This document shows, one piece after another, positions 19,264 through 29,138 of a stretch of DNA of 64,000 nt; position 1 is the stretch's first letter; the number at the start of each line of letters is the position of its first letter. This DNA is from Longimicrobiales bacterium (GTDB taxonomy: Bacteria; Gemmatimonadota; Gemmatimonadetes; Longimicrobiales; Gaopeijiaceae). The position numbers were made by a program, and so were the translations under genes. The stretch covers positions 224,001 to 288,000 of the forward strand of contig CBDCKN010000015.1 of assembly GCA_965218295.1 (NCBI GenBank), written 5' to 3'. The notes under the pieces were generated by a model. It saw only the letters and a list, made by a program, of their open reading frames with translations, did no database searches and was not told the origin of the DNA.

Positions 19264-19505
19264 TCCTCAGAGTGATCCGGTTCTATCAGCAGGGGATCTC
19301 GCCGTATACCCGTTCCTCTTGCCGGTTCTCACCCACATGCTCGGAGTACGCGGCGGTGGCCGTGGAGCGCTACGGCGCCTCCCGTGGGAGCTGGCTCGCG
19401 CTCAAGCGCATTCTGCGCTGCCGGCCGTTCGGAGGGTGGGGCCACGACCCGGCGCCGGAAGAGCTCGAGGTCGCCCACGTGAATCGACGTGGAAGTGAAG
19501 GATAG
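19248..19505 (+). CDS. yidD: Membrane protein insertion efficiency factor
   Basis: YQQGISP, CRFSPTCSEYA, RILRCRPF..GHDP; GTG at 19248 after GGAGG (alternative ATG at 19260). Confidence 0.92.
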   Translation: MLGRMILRVIRFYQQGISPYTRSSCRFSPTCSEYAAVAVERYGASRGSWLALKRILRCRPFGGWGHDPAPEELEVAHVNRRGSEG

Positions 19506-21266
19506 ATGAATCAGGAAGCCCGGTTCCTCCTGGCGATCACGCTGATGATCCTCGTCTTGGTGACGACGAACATCCTCTTTCCGCCCATCCGGCCCGAGGA
19601 GCTGGCTCCGTCTGCTGCGGACTCGGTGACCTCCGTCCAGGGCCCCGGCGAGACCGTCGGAGCGCCTGGGCTCGCAGCGCCCGGCGAGGTGCCTGCCGAG
19701 ACCGTACCGGCCATCGTAGGGGACCTGCGGCAGCCGCCGGCGACGGAAGGGGTGGTGAGGGAAGCGGGGCCCGAGCCGGGGGAGCAGCCCAGCCGGGTCC
19801 CGCTCGAGACCATCGTCGTGGAGGGTCCCCTCTACCGGTTCGCATTCAGCAATTACGGCGCTCGACTGACCTCCGCCCAGCTGCTCCAGTTTCAGTCGTT
19901 CGCCCGCGACGGTCCGGTGGAGTTCTTCCCCGAGGGCGGCCTCGGTGCTCTGGGCGCCGAGGTCCGGACCGACCGAGGTAGCCTCGACCTCCACAATCTC
20001 TCCTTCGAGGTCGTTCCCCGAGAGGGGATACGCTTGATGGAGGGCGACGGGCCCCAGGCCCTGACCTTCACCTACAGGCATCCCTCGGGCGCACTCACAT
20101 TCGAGACGACCTACACCTTCGATCCGTTGTCCTACGAAGTCGGGGTAAGGACCGGCCTCACCGGCGTGGATCGGGCCCTTCTAGTGACGGACATGGGAAC
20201 GGGCCTGGCGTACAACGAAGCGCGGCAGGCTGAGGAGTCGAGGGTGATGGGCTATGTGACGAACCACCTCCGGGAGGGCATTCAAGCCGAGCCCATGCGG
20301 AAGGTGGATGAGGATCGGGTCGTCGAGGGACCGCTCATCTGGTCCGCCCTCAAGAGCAAGTATTTCCTGTTCGCGATCCTGCCCGGTGTGGGAGGCGACG
20401 AGCAGTACCTCGGTGGCCTCATCGCCGGTCCGGCGCCCGGAGATGACCAGGCCGAGGTGGCCGTGACCCAGTCCCTCGGGAGCGACGGAACGGTGAGCTA
20501 TCGGCTCTTCCTGGGGCCTCAGGGGCGGGATCTGCTCACGGCCTACGGCAACGAGCTGGAGGAAGCGAACCCCTACGGGTATCGCTGGATGCGGGTCGTG
20601 GTCCGCCCCGTCGTCGCGATCGTGATGACGATCCTGAACTTCCTGCACCGCAACCTGAACGTCGGCTACGGCTGGGTGCTCATCATCTTCGGTGTGATGA
20701 TGCGAGTCCTGCTCTTCCCACTGAACCAGAAGGCCATGCGGGCGCAGATGCGGAACATGGCCGTCCAGCCGCTTCTCCAGGAGATCCAGAAGAAGTACAA
20801 GGACCAACCCGAGAAGCTCCAGAATGAGATGATGAAGCTGTACAAGGACCACGGCTTCAACCCGCTCGCCGGGTGCCTTCCCATGCTGCTCCCTTGGCCG
20901 GTACTCATCACGCTCTTCTTCGTCTTCCAAAACACGATTCAGCTTAGGGGTGAGAGCTTCCTCTGGCTCCCCAACCTCGCGGCGGCCGATCCGATCTACG
21001 TTCTGCCGGTGCTCCTGGGCGTATCCATGTTCCTCATGCAGTGGATCTCGATGCGGTCGATGCCGGAGCCGAATCCCCAGATGAAGATGATGCTGTGGAT
21101 GATGCCCATCATGATGACCTTCATCTTCATGAACTTCGCGTCGGGGCTGAACCTCTATTACGTGACGGCGAACCTGGCCACGCTGCCCCAGCAGTACTGG
21201 ATCGCCAAGGAGCGTCAGAAGCTCAGGGCTCAGGGACCCTTGAAGCCCGCCACCAGCGGTGACTGA
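19506..21266 (+). CDS. yidC: Membrane protein insertase YidC
   Basis: YGWVLII, NPLAGCLPML, FLWLPNL...DP, GLNLYY. Confidence 0.96.
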   Translation: MNQEARFLLAITLMILVLVTTNILFPPIRPEELAPSAADSVTSVQGPGETVGAPGLAAPGEVPAETVPAIVGDLRQPPATEGVVREAGPEPGEQPSRVPLETIVVEGPLYRFAFSNYGARLTSAQLLQFQSFARDGPVEFFPEGGLGALGAEVRTDRGSLDLHNLSFEVVPREGIRLMEGDGPQALTFTYRHPSGALTFETTYTFDPLSYEVGVRTGLTGVDRALLVTDMGTGLAYNEARQAEESRVMGYVTNHLREGIQAEPMRKVDEDRVVEGPLIWSALKSKYFLFAILPGVGGDEQYLGGLIAGPAPGDDQAEVAVTQSLGSDGTVSYRLFLGPQGRDLLTAYGNELEEANPYGYRWMRVVVRPVVAIVMTILNFLHRNLNVGYGWVLIIFGVMMRVLLFPLNQKAMRAQMRNMAVQPLLQEIQKKYKDQPEKLQNEMMKLYKDHGFNPLAGCLPMLLPWPVLITLFFVFQNTIQLRGESFLWLPNLAAADPIYVLPVLLGVSMFLMQWISMRSMPEPNPQMKMMLWMMPIMMTFIFMNFASGLNLYYVTANLATLPQQYWIAKERQKLRAQGPLKPATSGD

Positions 21267-22689
21267 GGAGGTCTCCGGTCGGCCGAGCGGGCCGATGGTG
21301 GATACCATCGCAGCGGTGGCGACGGCCCAGGGCCTGGGCGCCGTTGCCATGGTTCGACTCTCCGGCAGCCGGGCCTTCGAGATTCTCCGGGCCCTCACGC
21401 CCTATCACCCCGACGACGTCCCAAGCCGCTCGCCCCGTCTCGTACCGGTCAGCGATCCGAAGACGGGTGAGCTCCTGGATCGCGCTCTGGTCACCACCTT
21501 CCCCGGGCCCGACAGCTACACCGGCGAGGACGTGGTGGAGATCTCGAGTCATGGGGGATGGCTGGTGCCCGCTCTGGTGCTGGAGGCGTGCCAGGCGGCC
21601 GGCGCCCGTCTCGCCGAGCCCGGGGAGTTCACGCGGAGAGCGGTCCTGCATGGGAAGATGGACCTGGTGCAGGCCGAGGCGGTGCTGGACCTGGTGGAGG
21701 GGCGCAGCCGGGCGCTGCACGACAGCGCCCTGTTCCAGCTGGAGAGGGGGCTCAGCCGGCGGATCGGCGCGCTCCGGGAGCGACTCGTCACCGTGGAAGT
21801 GCTCCTGGTGCATCACATCGACTTCCCCGAGGAAGACGAAGCGCCGGTTCCGGTGGAGCGCGTCCTGGAAGAGGGGAGGGCCCTGCTCGATGCCCTGGAC
21901 GAGCTCCTTAGGACGGCCCCCGAGGGGGAGCTTCTCCGTGAGGGGGCCCTCACGGTTCTGGCGGGACTTCCCAACTCGGGCAAGTCGAGCCTCTTCAACG
22001 CGCTCCTTGGCCAGGACCGGGCCATCGTCACCGAGATCCCCGGAACGACCCGTGACGCGCTGGAGGCCGTGGTGTCGCTGGGCGGCTTTCCCTTCAGGCT
22101 CGTCGATACGGCCGGCATTCACGACACAGAAGAGACCGTGGAGCGCCTGGGCATCGAGGTGGCGCAGCGATACCTGGACAGCGCGGACCTCGTGCTCTTC
22201 TGCGTGGAGAGCGGCAGGGAGCCGCTGGAGGACGAGCGACGGTTCCTGGAGGAGCTCGGGGAGGTGCCGGTGGTCATCCTTCGCACGAAGGTGGATCTGC
22301 ACCGGAAGGAGCCTTCGAGCGAGGGGTCCGAGGGAGAGAGGTCCGATGGCGACAGGGGACCGGAGGCTCGTGAGGCCCTCGAGATCTCCGTGGTGGACGG
22401 CACGGGAATCGGGCGTCTACAGGAACTTCTGCCCTCCTTCGTGTACCGTGGCTTCGTTCGTACTGGCGTGTCTGTGCCGGCGCTGACCCGGGCCCGGCAC
22501 AGCGAGGGGGTGCGCACGGCCCGGGATCACGTGGCGGAGTTCATCGTGGCGCTGGAGGGGGAGGTGCCGGCGGAGATGGCTTCTACGCACCTGCGACCGG
22601 CCGAGACGGCACTGGAGGAGTTGCTGGGAGTGATATCCACCGACGAGGTTCTAGACCGGGTCTTTCGCGACTTCTGTATCGGCAAGTGA
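21259..22689 (+). CDS. mnmE: tRNA modification GTPase MnmE
   Basis: DTIAAVAT, SYTGEDVVE, GEFTRRA, G..NSGKSS, GTTRD, DTAG, FCIGK. Confidence 0.96.
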   Translation: MTEEVSGRPSGPMVDTIAAVATAQGLGAVAMVRLSGSRAFEILRALTPYHPDDVPSRSPRLVPVSDPKTGELLDRALVTTFPGPDSYTGEDVVEISSHGGWLVPALVLEACQAAGARLAEPGEFTRRAVLHGKMDLVQAEAVLDLVEGRSRALHDSALFQLERGLSRRIGALRERLVTVEVLLVHHIDFPEEDEAPVPVERVLEEGRALLDALDELLRTAPEGELLREGALTVLAGLPNSGKSSLFNALLGQDRAIVTEIPGTTRDALEAVVSLGGFPFRLVDTAGIHDTEETVERLGIEVAQRYLDSADLVLFCVESGREPLEDERRFLEELGEVPVVILRTKVDLHRKEPSSEGSEGERSDGDRGPEAREALEISVVDGTGIGRLQELLPSFVYRGFVRTGVSVPALTRARHSEGVRTARDHVAEFIVALEGEVPAEMASTHLRPAETALEELLGVISTDEVLDRVFRDFCIGK

Positions 22690-22991
22690 TGACGGGCGAG
22701 CACACAGCGCTTCAGGTGGGATTCCGGGTCCAGGGCCGGGTCCAGGGCGTCGGTTTCCGGTGGTGGGCCCGCCGGACGGCGGCCAGCCTCGGGCTTCGGG
22801 GCGTGATCCTGAATCATATGGACGGGAGCGTAGAGGTGCACGCCGGCGGTGACGAGGAGTCCGTGGTGCTTTTCGCGGCCCACCTGGCCGAGGGACCGCC
22901 GGGGGCGAGGGTGGACGGCGTGGAGCGTTTCCCGTCGGAGCGGTCCCTCCCGAGCGAGTTCGAGATCCTCTCCGAGTTCGGGAGCATCTGA
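22686..22991 (+). CDS. acyP: Acylphosphatase
   Basis: GRVQGVGFR, N..DGSVEV, GPPGARV. Confidence 0.9.
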   Translation: MMTGEHTALQVGFRVQGRVQGVGFRWWARRTAASLGLRGVILNHMDGSVEVHAGGDEESVVLFAAHLAEGPPGARVDGVERFPSERSLPSEFEILSEFGSI

Positions 22992-24889
22992 TGCTCGACG
23001 AGCGCTACGACGTCATCGTCGTCGGCGGAGGCCACGCGGGCTCCGAGGCGGCGGCGGCGGCGGCCCGGGTCGGTGCGCGGACCCTCCTGATCACACCCGA
23101 CCTGTCCAGGGTCGGGCAGATGAGCTGCAATCCCGCCATCGGTGGGATCGCGAAGGGAGTGGTGGCGCGCGAGGTGGACACCCTCGGAGGCATCATGGGG
23201 CGCGCGACCGACGCTTCCCGCATTCAGTTCCGCATGCTCAATCGCTCCAAGGGGCCTGCCGTCTGGAGTCCCCGGGCCCAGTGCGACCGTGGCCTGTACC
23301 CCCGCGCGGTTCGACAGGCGCTGGATGAGCTCCCCAACCTGGCCCTCTTCCAGGAGATGGTGACCGGGCTGGTGATGGAGGGGGGCAGAGCCGTGGGCGT
23401 CCGGACGCGTGGGAGCTTGGAGTTCCGCGGGGAGACCGTCGTGGTGACGGCCGGGACCTTCCTGCGGGGGAGGATCCACATCGGAGGCGAGGCCGGGGTG
23501 GGGGCGGGTCGTGCCGGGGAGGCTCCGTCGGTGGCGTTGGCCGAGGAGCTTGAGGCCCGTGGCCTCGAGATTGCCCGCTTCAAGACCGGGACGCCGCCCC
23601 GCATCGACGGCCGGACCGTGGACTATTCGCGGATCGAGAGGCAGGACGGCGATCCGGGGGACTTCCGTTTCTCCGCATACACCGAGGAGTGCATCCCCGA
23701 GCAGCGCCCTTGCTGGATCACGTGGACGGGAGAGGACCTTCGCCGAGTGGTAGAGGACAACCTCCAGTGTAGCGCGCTCTTCGGGGGTGAGATCTCGGGA
23801 CGGGGGCCCCGGTATTGTCCCTCTATCGAGGACAAGATCGTGCGCTTCCCGGACGCGCCTCGCCACCAGGTGTTCCTGGAGCCCGAGGGACTGGAGACGA
23901 CGGAGCTGTACGTGAACGGGCTGTCCACATCTCTGCCTCCACAGGTGCAGATCGACTTTCTCCGGACCGTCCCCGGGCTCGAACGCGCCCAGGTCACCAA
24001 GGTCGGGTACGCCATCGAGTACGACTACTTCCCGCCGCACCAGCTCAGGCACACGCTGGAGGTGAGGGCGATCCCCGGGCTCTACTTCGCCGGACAGATC
24101 AACGGAACCACCGGCTACGAGGAGGCGGCCGGTCAGGGGCTGATCGCCGGAGCCAACGCCGGCCTGAGCGCTCTCGGTAGGAGCCCGTTCATCCTGGAGA
24201 GGGACCAGGCGTACATCGGGGTCCTCATCGACGACCTGATCACGAAGGGTGTCGATGAGCCCTACCGGCTGTTCACGTCCAGGGCCGAGTTCAGGCTCAT
24301 GCTCCGTCAGGACAACGCGCCGCGGCGGCTAGGTCCGGTGGCTCGTGAGGCGGGGCTCCTGACCGGGGATCAGCAGGACGCCATGAGCGATCGGGTTGAA
24401 CGGGAGACGCGCATCCGGAGGTGGTTCGTCGAGACGGTATTGAAGCCGTCGGCGGTGAATCCGCTTCTGGCCGAGTGTGGCACGCCTCCGATTCAGCAGT
24501 CGGTGCGAGCCGCGGAGCTGCTCAAGCGCCCCCAGGTTCCGGCGAGGGAGCTGGCCGTGGTCGGGGGCGCACCCTTCGATCCGGATGCCGAGGGTGACAC
24601 CGTGGCCGCCGTCGAGGTGGAGCTCAAGTACGAGGGATACGTCCGACGGGAGGCGGAGAGGGCCGAGAAGCTGAGGGAGCAGGCCACATTCGAGCTCCCG
24701 GACGATACTCCGTATGCGGCCTTCCTGAACGTGTCGTACGAGGCGAGGGAGAAGCTGGCGCGGATCCGCCCGGCCTCACTGGCCCAGGCGGCCCGCATCC
24801 CCGGCGTCTCACCGGCAGACCTCCAGAACCTCATCCTCGAGGTTCGACGCTGGAGGCGCGGGCAGATGGCGGAGGTGGCGGGGGAGTGA
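22991..24889 (+). CDS. mnmG: tRNA uridine 5-carboxymethylaminomethyl modification enzyme MnmG (GidA)
   Basis: GGGHAG.EAA, MSCNPAIGG, GPRYCPSIEDK, GQINGTTGYEEAA, YRLFTSRAEFR. Confidence 0.97.
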   Translation: MLDERYDVIVVGGGHAGSEAAAAAARVGARTLLITPDLSRVGQMSCNPAIGGIAKGVVAREVDTLGGIMGRATDASRIQFRMLNRSKGPAVWSPRAQCDRGLYPRAVRQALDELPNLALFQEMVTGLVMEGGRAVGVRTRGSLEFRGETVVVTAGTFLRGRIHIGGEAGVGAGRAGEAPSVALAEELEARGLEIARFKTGTPPRIDGRTVDYSRIERQDGDPGDFRFSAYTEECIPEQRPCWITWTGEDLRRVVEDNLQCSALFGGEISGRGPRYCPSIEDKIVRFPDAPRHQVFLEPEGLETTELYVNGLSTSLPPQVQIDFLRTVPGLERAQVTKVGYAIEYDYFPPHQLRHTLEVRAIPGLYFAGQINGTTGYEEAAGQGLIAGANAGLSALGRSPFILERDQAYIGVLIDDLITKGVDEPYRLFTSRAEFRLMLRQDNAPRRLGPVAREAGLLTGDQQDAMSDRVERETRIRRWFVETVLKPSAVNPLLAECGTPPIQQSVRAAELLKRPQVPARELAVVGGAPFDPDAEGDTVAAVEVELKYEGYVRREAERAEKLREQATFELPDDTPYAAFLNVSYEAREKLARIRPASLAQAARIPGVSPADLQNLILEVRRWRRGQMAEVAGE

Positions 24890-24950
24890 GGGGGCGGCTC
24901 GCCCGAGGCCCTCGCTGTCGTAACTGACTCGCGGAAACGGCGGGGCGCCC

Positions 24951-25364
24951 TCACCCAAGGCCGGAATCAGGCTCCGATTCAGCCCAATGGCTGAGTGTGT
25001 CTTTGACAGCGATGACTAACTCGTTGAAGTCAGCGGGCTTGATCAAATAACGAGGCACACCCAGCGCGTAGGCCTGTTGAGCATGCTTTGGATCTTCAGA
25101 ACCGGTGAGCATGATCACCGGAACGCTCGCAAGTTGCTTCTCGCCGGCGAGCCATTCCAGGAGCTCGAGACCACTGATGTCGGGGAGCCAGTGGTCAAGC
25201 ACGATCAACGCCGGTAGATCTTCCTCGCGTAGATACATTCGGGCGGCTTCGCCCGTGACCGCCGTATCCACGTGAACATGAGACAACTTCGCTAGGACCA
25301 GCTTTATCAGATTCTGGTGGTCGATATTGTCCTCAACGACGAGGATCGTGGTTTTCCGGTTCAT
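24951..25364 (-). CDS. Single-domain response regulator (Rcp/CheY-like)
   Basis: LVVEDN, IVLDHWLP..SGLE, PVIMLT, YLIKP. Confidence 0.85.
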   Translation of the reverse strand: MNRKTTILVVEDNIDHQNLIKLVLAKLSHVHVDTAVTGEAARMYLREEDLPALIVLDHWLPDISGLELLEWLAGEKQLASVPVIMLTGSEDPKHAQQAYALGVPRYLIKPADFNELVIAVKDTLSHWAESEPDSGLG

Positions 25365-25824
25365 AGCATCGTCTTTCTCGTCGACGTGATGATCCCGTCG
25401 GCTCCAGGTGACCGATCCGAGCAACTGCCCAGGTTGCTCCCCAGAAAGCGACCTCGACCTCGCGGCCGACGTCGCGTCCAACGCGTAGGCGCTCTTGTGA
25501 TTGGAGAATGAGGAACCAGGATCGACCTTCCCGCTCGGCGAGAAAGATGCCTGCCCACTTATTGGCCCTTGTTTGGCCGCTGCTGAGGCGACCGGCGAGC
25601 GACTCCCTCCGTGAGATCTGTTCCAGCTCTTTGGGCAAGCTCAGAAGCTTCGACTTCCCGTCGGTCCCAAGCGTGAGATACGGGTGGAATTCCGCTGGAC
25701 GCTCAAGGGCGCACCACACGAGGGCACAGTACTGCGCTTCGGACGCTTCCATAAGGCGTGCCAACTTAGGGGCCAGCCGGCCCCGAATCGGATCGTGCCT
25801 GTATCGGGTGAGTTCAGATGTCAT
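25333..25824 (-). CDS. Hypothetical protein with atypical codon usage
   Basis: 163-aa ORF overlapping the response regulator start, within the less GC-rich insert. Confidence 0.4.
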   Translation of the reverse strand: MTSELTRYRHDPIRGRLAPKLARLMEASEAQYCALVWCALERPAEFHPYLTLGTDGKSKLLSLPKELEQISRRESLAGRLSSGQTRANKWAGIFLAEREGRSWFLILQSQERLRVGRDVGREVEVAFWGATWAVARIGHLEPTGSSRRRERRCYEPENHDPRR

Positions 25825-25947
25825 GGGACGATTCTAGCTGTTTATTAGTGTCGTCGGCGAGGGGGCAAACAGCGTACGTATATTAGCTACCTAAAGATAC
25901 GTACACCTCTCCGAGAGCAGCTCGACGCAAGATTACGTTGCCCTATC

Positions 25948-25963
25948 TGTTTCACGTGAAACA
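25948..25963. promoter_or_regulatory. parS: parS site (perfect)
   Basis: TGTTTCACGTGAAACA palindrome. Confidence 0.95.
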
Positions 25964-25973
25964 CCGACCGGTG

Positions 25974-25989
25974 CGTTTCACGTGAAACA
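25974..25989. promoter_or_regulatory. parS: parS site
   Basis: CGTTTCACGTGAAACA. Confidence 0.92.
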
Positions 25990-26015
25990 GAGATGAATGG
26001 CTGGATCGGAGCTAG

Positions 26016-26486
26016 TTACCGGGGAACTATCTCGGTGCGAAGGGTGGCCGGCTCCGTTGTGCCGTCGAGGTTGAAGTCGAAGTCGGTGTCACCCTCGAGG
26101 ATCACTGACGAATCGGCCCGCTCCCAGCGGGCTCGCGACTCCTCGGGGCTGGGGAGCTGCCTCATGAAGATGACGTACTGGCCCTCCACCGTCAGGACAC
26201 CGGACTCGCTGGAGGATTGGCCGTATCCGGCGAGAATCGCCAGATAGCGCCCGGAGGGCTGCACGGAGAGGGTGAAGGTGGCGTTGCTCGGGGGCTGGGT
26301 GATATCGGGTGCGACTTCGGGATTCGCCTTGCTCGTCACCACCATGGATTCGGCGATCCACTCCCCCACCATGAAGTCCGGATTGACCTGGGGACCCGTC
26401 GAATCGTCGTCGCCACCGCAGCCTGAGGCGACGAATGCCAGCATCAGAGCGGACAATCGGGCGACGGAGCGAGAGATTCGGATCAT
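26016..26486 (-). CDS. Lipoprotein, possibly lipocalin-like
   Basis: Lipobox ASGC followed by GGDDDSTGP; VGEW motif; beta-rich. Confidence 0.6.
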   Translation of the reverse strand: MIRISRSVARLSALMLAFVASGCGGDDDSTGPQVNPDFMVGEWIAESMVVTSKANPEVAPDITQPPSNATFTLSVQPSGRYLAILAGYGQSSSESGVLTVEGQYVIFMRQLPSPEESRARWERADSSVILEGDTDFDFNLDGTTEPATLRTEIVPR

Positions 26487-26597
26487 GGATGATGCTGCCT
26501 TGTGGCGGGTCCTTGCGGGCCGGCAGGCTCCACTTTCGGGTGCCTTCGGGCCTGAATCTATCACCCGCCGGGAGCCGGCGGAACAGCCGGGTTTCGC

Positions 26598-26626
26598 TTT
26601 ACCGGATGTGGCACCGGGAGTATATT
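26598..26626 (+). promoter_or_regulatory. Candidate sigma-70 promoter of parAB
   Basis: TTTACC-17 nt-TATATT upstream of the parA ATG. Confidence 0.45.
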
Positions 26627-26667
26627 CACGACCTCGCCCGTAGGAGTCACATCCCAACGGTCCATGC

Positions 26668-27447
26668 ATGTCGCGCGTCATCGCAATCGCCAACCAGAAG
26701 GGTGGGGTCGGCAAGACCACGACCGCCATCAACCTCGGCGCCTCCCTCGCCGTAGCCGAGTGTCGCACTCTGGTGATCGACATGGATCCCCAGGGGAATG
26801 CAACCAGCGGCCTCGGAATAGAGGATCATCCGGAGCTCATCACGATCTACGACGTCCTCATAGGGGGGCGCGAGGCGAAGGAAGCCGTAATCGAGGCGCT
26901 TCAGTTCCCGTTCCTAGACCTCATGCCCAGCACCCGGGACCTCGTTGGAGCCGAGATCGAGCTCGTGGGGGCTCTGAGTCGAGAAACGGTTTTCCGTCGG
27001 GCCCTGGAGTCGATACGGGGCGATTACGATTATATCCTGGTGGATTGTCCCCCTTCCCTCGGCCTGCTGACCCTCAACACGCTCACGGCGGCAGACTCGG
27101 TGCTGATTCCGATACAGTGCGAGTTCTACGCTCTGGAGGGTCTGAGTCAGCTCCTGAACACCGTGCGACTCGTACAGCGGGCCCTGAATCCCGCGCTCGA
27201 GATCGAGGGGGTGCTCCTCACCATGTTCGACCGCCGCCTGAATCTTTCCCGTCAGGTCGCGGCGGAGGCCCGCGAGTACTTCCGGGATCGTGTGTACCGC
27301 ACGTCGATCCCTCGTAACGTTCGCTTGGCCGAGGCTCCGTCCTTCGGTCAGCCCATCGTGCAGTACGACGTGCTTTCACAGGGCGCCCAGAGCTATCTGG
27401 CTCTAGCGAAGGAGCTCCTGATGGGACGCGGACCTGTAGCGGCGTAG
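26668..27447 (+). CDS. parA: Chromosome partitioning ATPase ParA/Soj
   Basis: NQKGGVGKTT, DMDPQGNA, DCPPSLG, IPRNVRLAEAPS. Confidence 0.96.
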   Translation: MSRVIAIANQKGGVGKTTTAINLGASLAVAECRTLVIDMDPQGNATSGLGIEDHPELITIYDVLIGGREAKEAVIEALQFPFLDLMPSTRDLVGAEIELVGALSRETVFRRALESIRGDYDYILVDCPPSLGLLTLNTLTAADSVLIPIQCEFYALEGLSQLLNTVRLVQRALNPALEIEGVLLTMFDRRLNLSRQVAAEAREYFRDRVYRTSIPRNVRLAEAPSFGQPIVQYDVLSQGAQSYLALAKELLMGRGPVAA

Positions 27448-27486
27448 AGTCGCGTTAGCCGTACCTCGATCGGAGGACAAAGGCCG

Positions 27487-28383
27487 GTGAGTCCCCCTGT
27501 GAAGAAGGATCGGTTGGGCAAAGGCCTCGGGGCCCTTCTCGGTGACTACATGGACCCTGCTGGCTCAGGCGCCGAACCCCACCGCCTGCCCGTGGCCGCA
27601 ATCGTTCCGAACCCCAAGCAGCCCCGGAGGACCTTCTCCGATGCCGAGCTGGACAACTTGGCCCGCTCCATCGATGAGAACGGGCTCCTCCAACCCCTGT
27701 TGGTCCGCCGCGCCCCTGGGGCTCGCGACCTATACGAGCTGGTGGTCGGGGAGCGACGCCTTCGAGCGGTACGGCGGCTCGGATGGGAGGACGTCCCGGC
27801 GGTGACTCGCCAGGTCGATGACGACACTCTCCTGGTTCTCGCCCTTGTGGAAAACCTCCAGCGCGAGGCGTTGAATCCCATCGAAGAGGCTGAGGGCTAT
27901 CAGGCGTTGGAGGCCCAGCATGGGCTGAGCCACGCGGCCATCGCTCAGTCGGTGGGCAAGAGTCGCTCGACGGTGGCCAACATGCTGCGCTTGCTGCAGC
28001 TCCCCGTCTCCGTGAGGAAGCTGGTGAAAGGCGGGGACCTCACCACCGGTCACGCCCGGGCCCTCCTGGGCGTGAGCGATCCCGTGCAGCTGGCCGAGCT
28101 CGCCCGTCGTACGGTCCAGTCCGGCTGGTCGGTCCGGGAGGTGGAGCGACGCGTGCGGAGTGGGGCGCCGAAGAGAAAGTCCGGCCCCCGATCGGGCGAG
28201 ACCCGCGACCCCGTCGTCCGGGCGCTGGAGGACGAGCTCCGCGCGACCTTGGCCACCCGGGCTCAGGTTCGGGTGGGGCGCGGGGGCGCGGGGGTCATCG
28301 AGATCCCGTACCGCAGCTCGGAGGACTTCGAGCGGGTGTTCGAGCTCATCACCGGTCGTGACGCGTCCGAGGTGGTGTCGTGA
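27487..28383 (+). CDS. parB: Chromosome partitioning protein ParB/Spo0J
   Basis: LGKGLGALL, GLLQPLLV, GERRLRA, ENLQRE.LNPIEEA, GKSRSTVAN. Confidence 0.96.
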   Translation: MSPPVKKDRLGKGLGALLGDYMDPAGSGAEPHRLPVAAIVPNPKQPRRTFSDAELDNLARSIDENGLLQPLLVRRAPGARDLYELVVGERRLRAVRRLGWEDVPAVTRQVDDDTLLVLALVENLQREALNPIEEAEGYQALEAQHGLSHAAIAQSVGKSRSTVANMLRLLQLPVSVRKLVKGGDLTTGHARALLGVSDPVQLAELARRTVQSGWSVREVERRVRSGAPKRKSGPRSGETRDPVVRALEDELRATLATRAQVRVGRGGAGVIEIPYRSSEDFERVFELITGRDASEVVS

Positions 28384-29138
28384 CCGAGCCCATTCTGAGG
28401 ATCGTCCTGATCCCCGACGGGAGCGAGAGTCGCACGTACGAGATCGAGCTCAGGCGTCTCCGGATTCTCAGGGGCCTGGGCATCGGTCTCGGCGTGATCT
28501 TCGTCTTCGTGGTCGTCACCTGGGGATACATGGCGGCCCGGGTCGCCCACGTCGTGGAACTCGAGGCGGAGGTGGCCGGTCTCCGAGCCGATCAAGCGCG
28601 CTTCCCGGCCCTCCTCCGCCAGCTCGACCATCTGGAGCAGCAATACGAAGGTCTTCGTGCGCTCTTCGCGCCCGACGGCACGGGAGCTCCGTCCGAGCTG
28701 TGGCTGCCGCCGCCCACGTCCGTGAGCCGCTCCTCCACCAGGGACGTGAGCGGCGGCAGCGTTCCCGACAGCTGGCCGCTCACTGAGCGGGGATTCGTCA
28801 CCCAGGGTCTTCTGGACAACGAGGACCAGGCGCACCCGGGACTGGACATCGCCATCCCAACGGGCTCATATATTAGAGCGGCCGGTGCGGGCCAGGTGGT
28901 CGACGTCGGGGAGGATCCCACGTATGGGCGCTATGTCCGTATCGAGCACGAAAACGGGTACGAGACTCTTTATGCCCACGCTTCAGTCACGGCGGTGTGG
29001 CTCGGCGAGGTCGTTCGGAAGAACGAGGTGATCGCGTTCACCGGGTCGACTGGGCGGTCTACCGCCCCTCATCTTCACTTCGAGATTCTCCTCGAGGGAG
29101 CCGCGGTAGATCCCCTCGAACTGGTGCAACAACCATGA
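28380..29138 (+). CDS. Membrane-anchored M23 family peptidase
   Basis: HPGLD, LYAH, STGRSTAPHLHFE; TM plus coiled coil. Confidence 0.9.
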   Translation: MTEPILRIVLIPDGSESRTYEIELRRLRILRGLGIGLGVIFVFVVVTWGYMAARVAHVVELEAEVAGLRADQARFPALLRQLDHLEQQYEGLRALFAPDGTGAPSELWLPPPTSVSRSSTRDVSGGSVPDSWPLTERGFVTQGLLDNEDQAHPGLDIAIPTGSYIRAAGAGQVVDVGEDPTYGRYVRIEHENGYETLYAHASVTAVWLGEVVRKNEVIAFTGSTGRSTAPHLHFEILLEGAAVDPLELVQQP

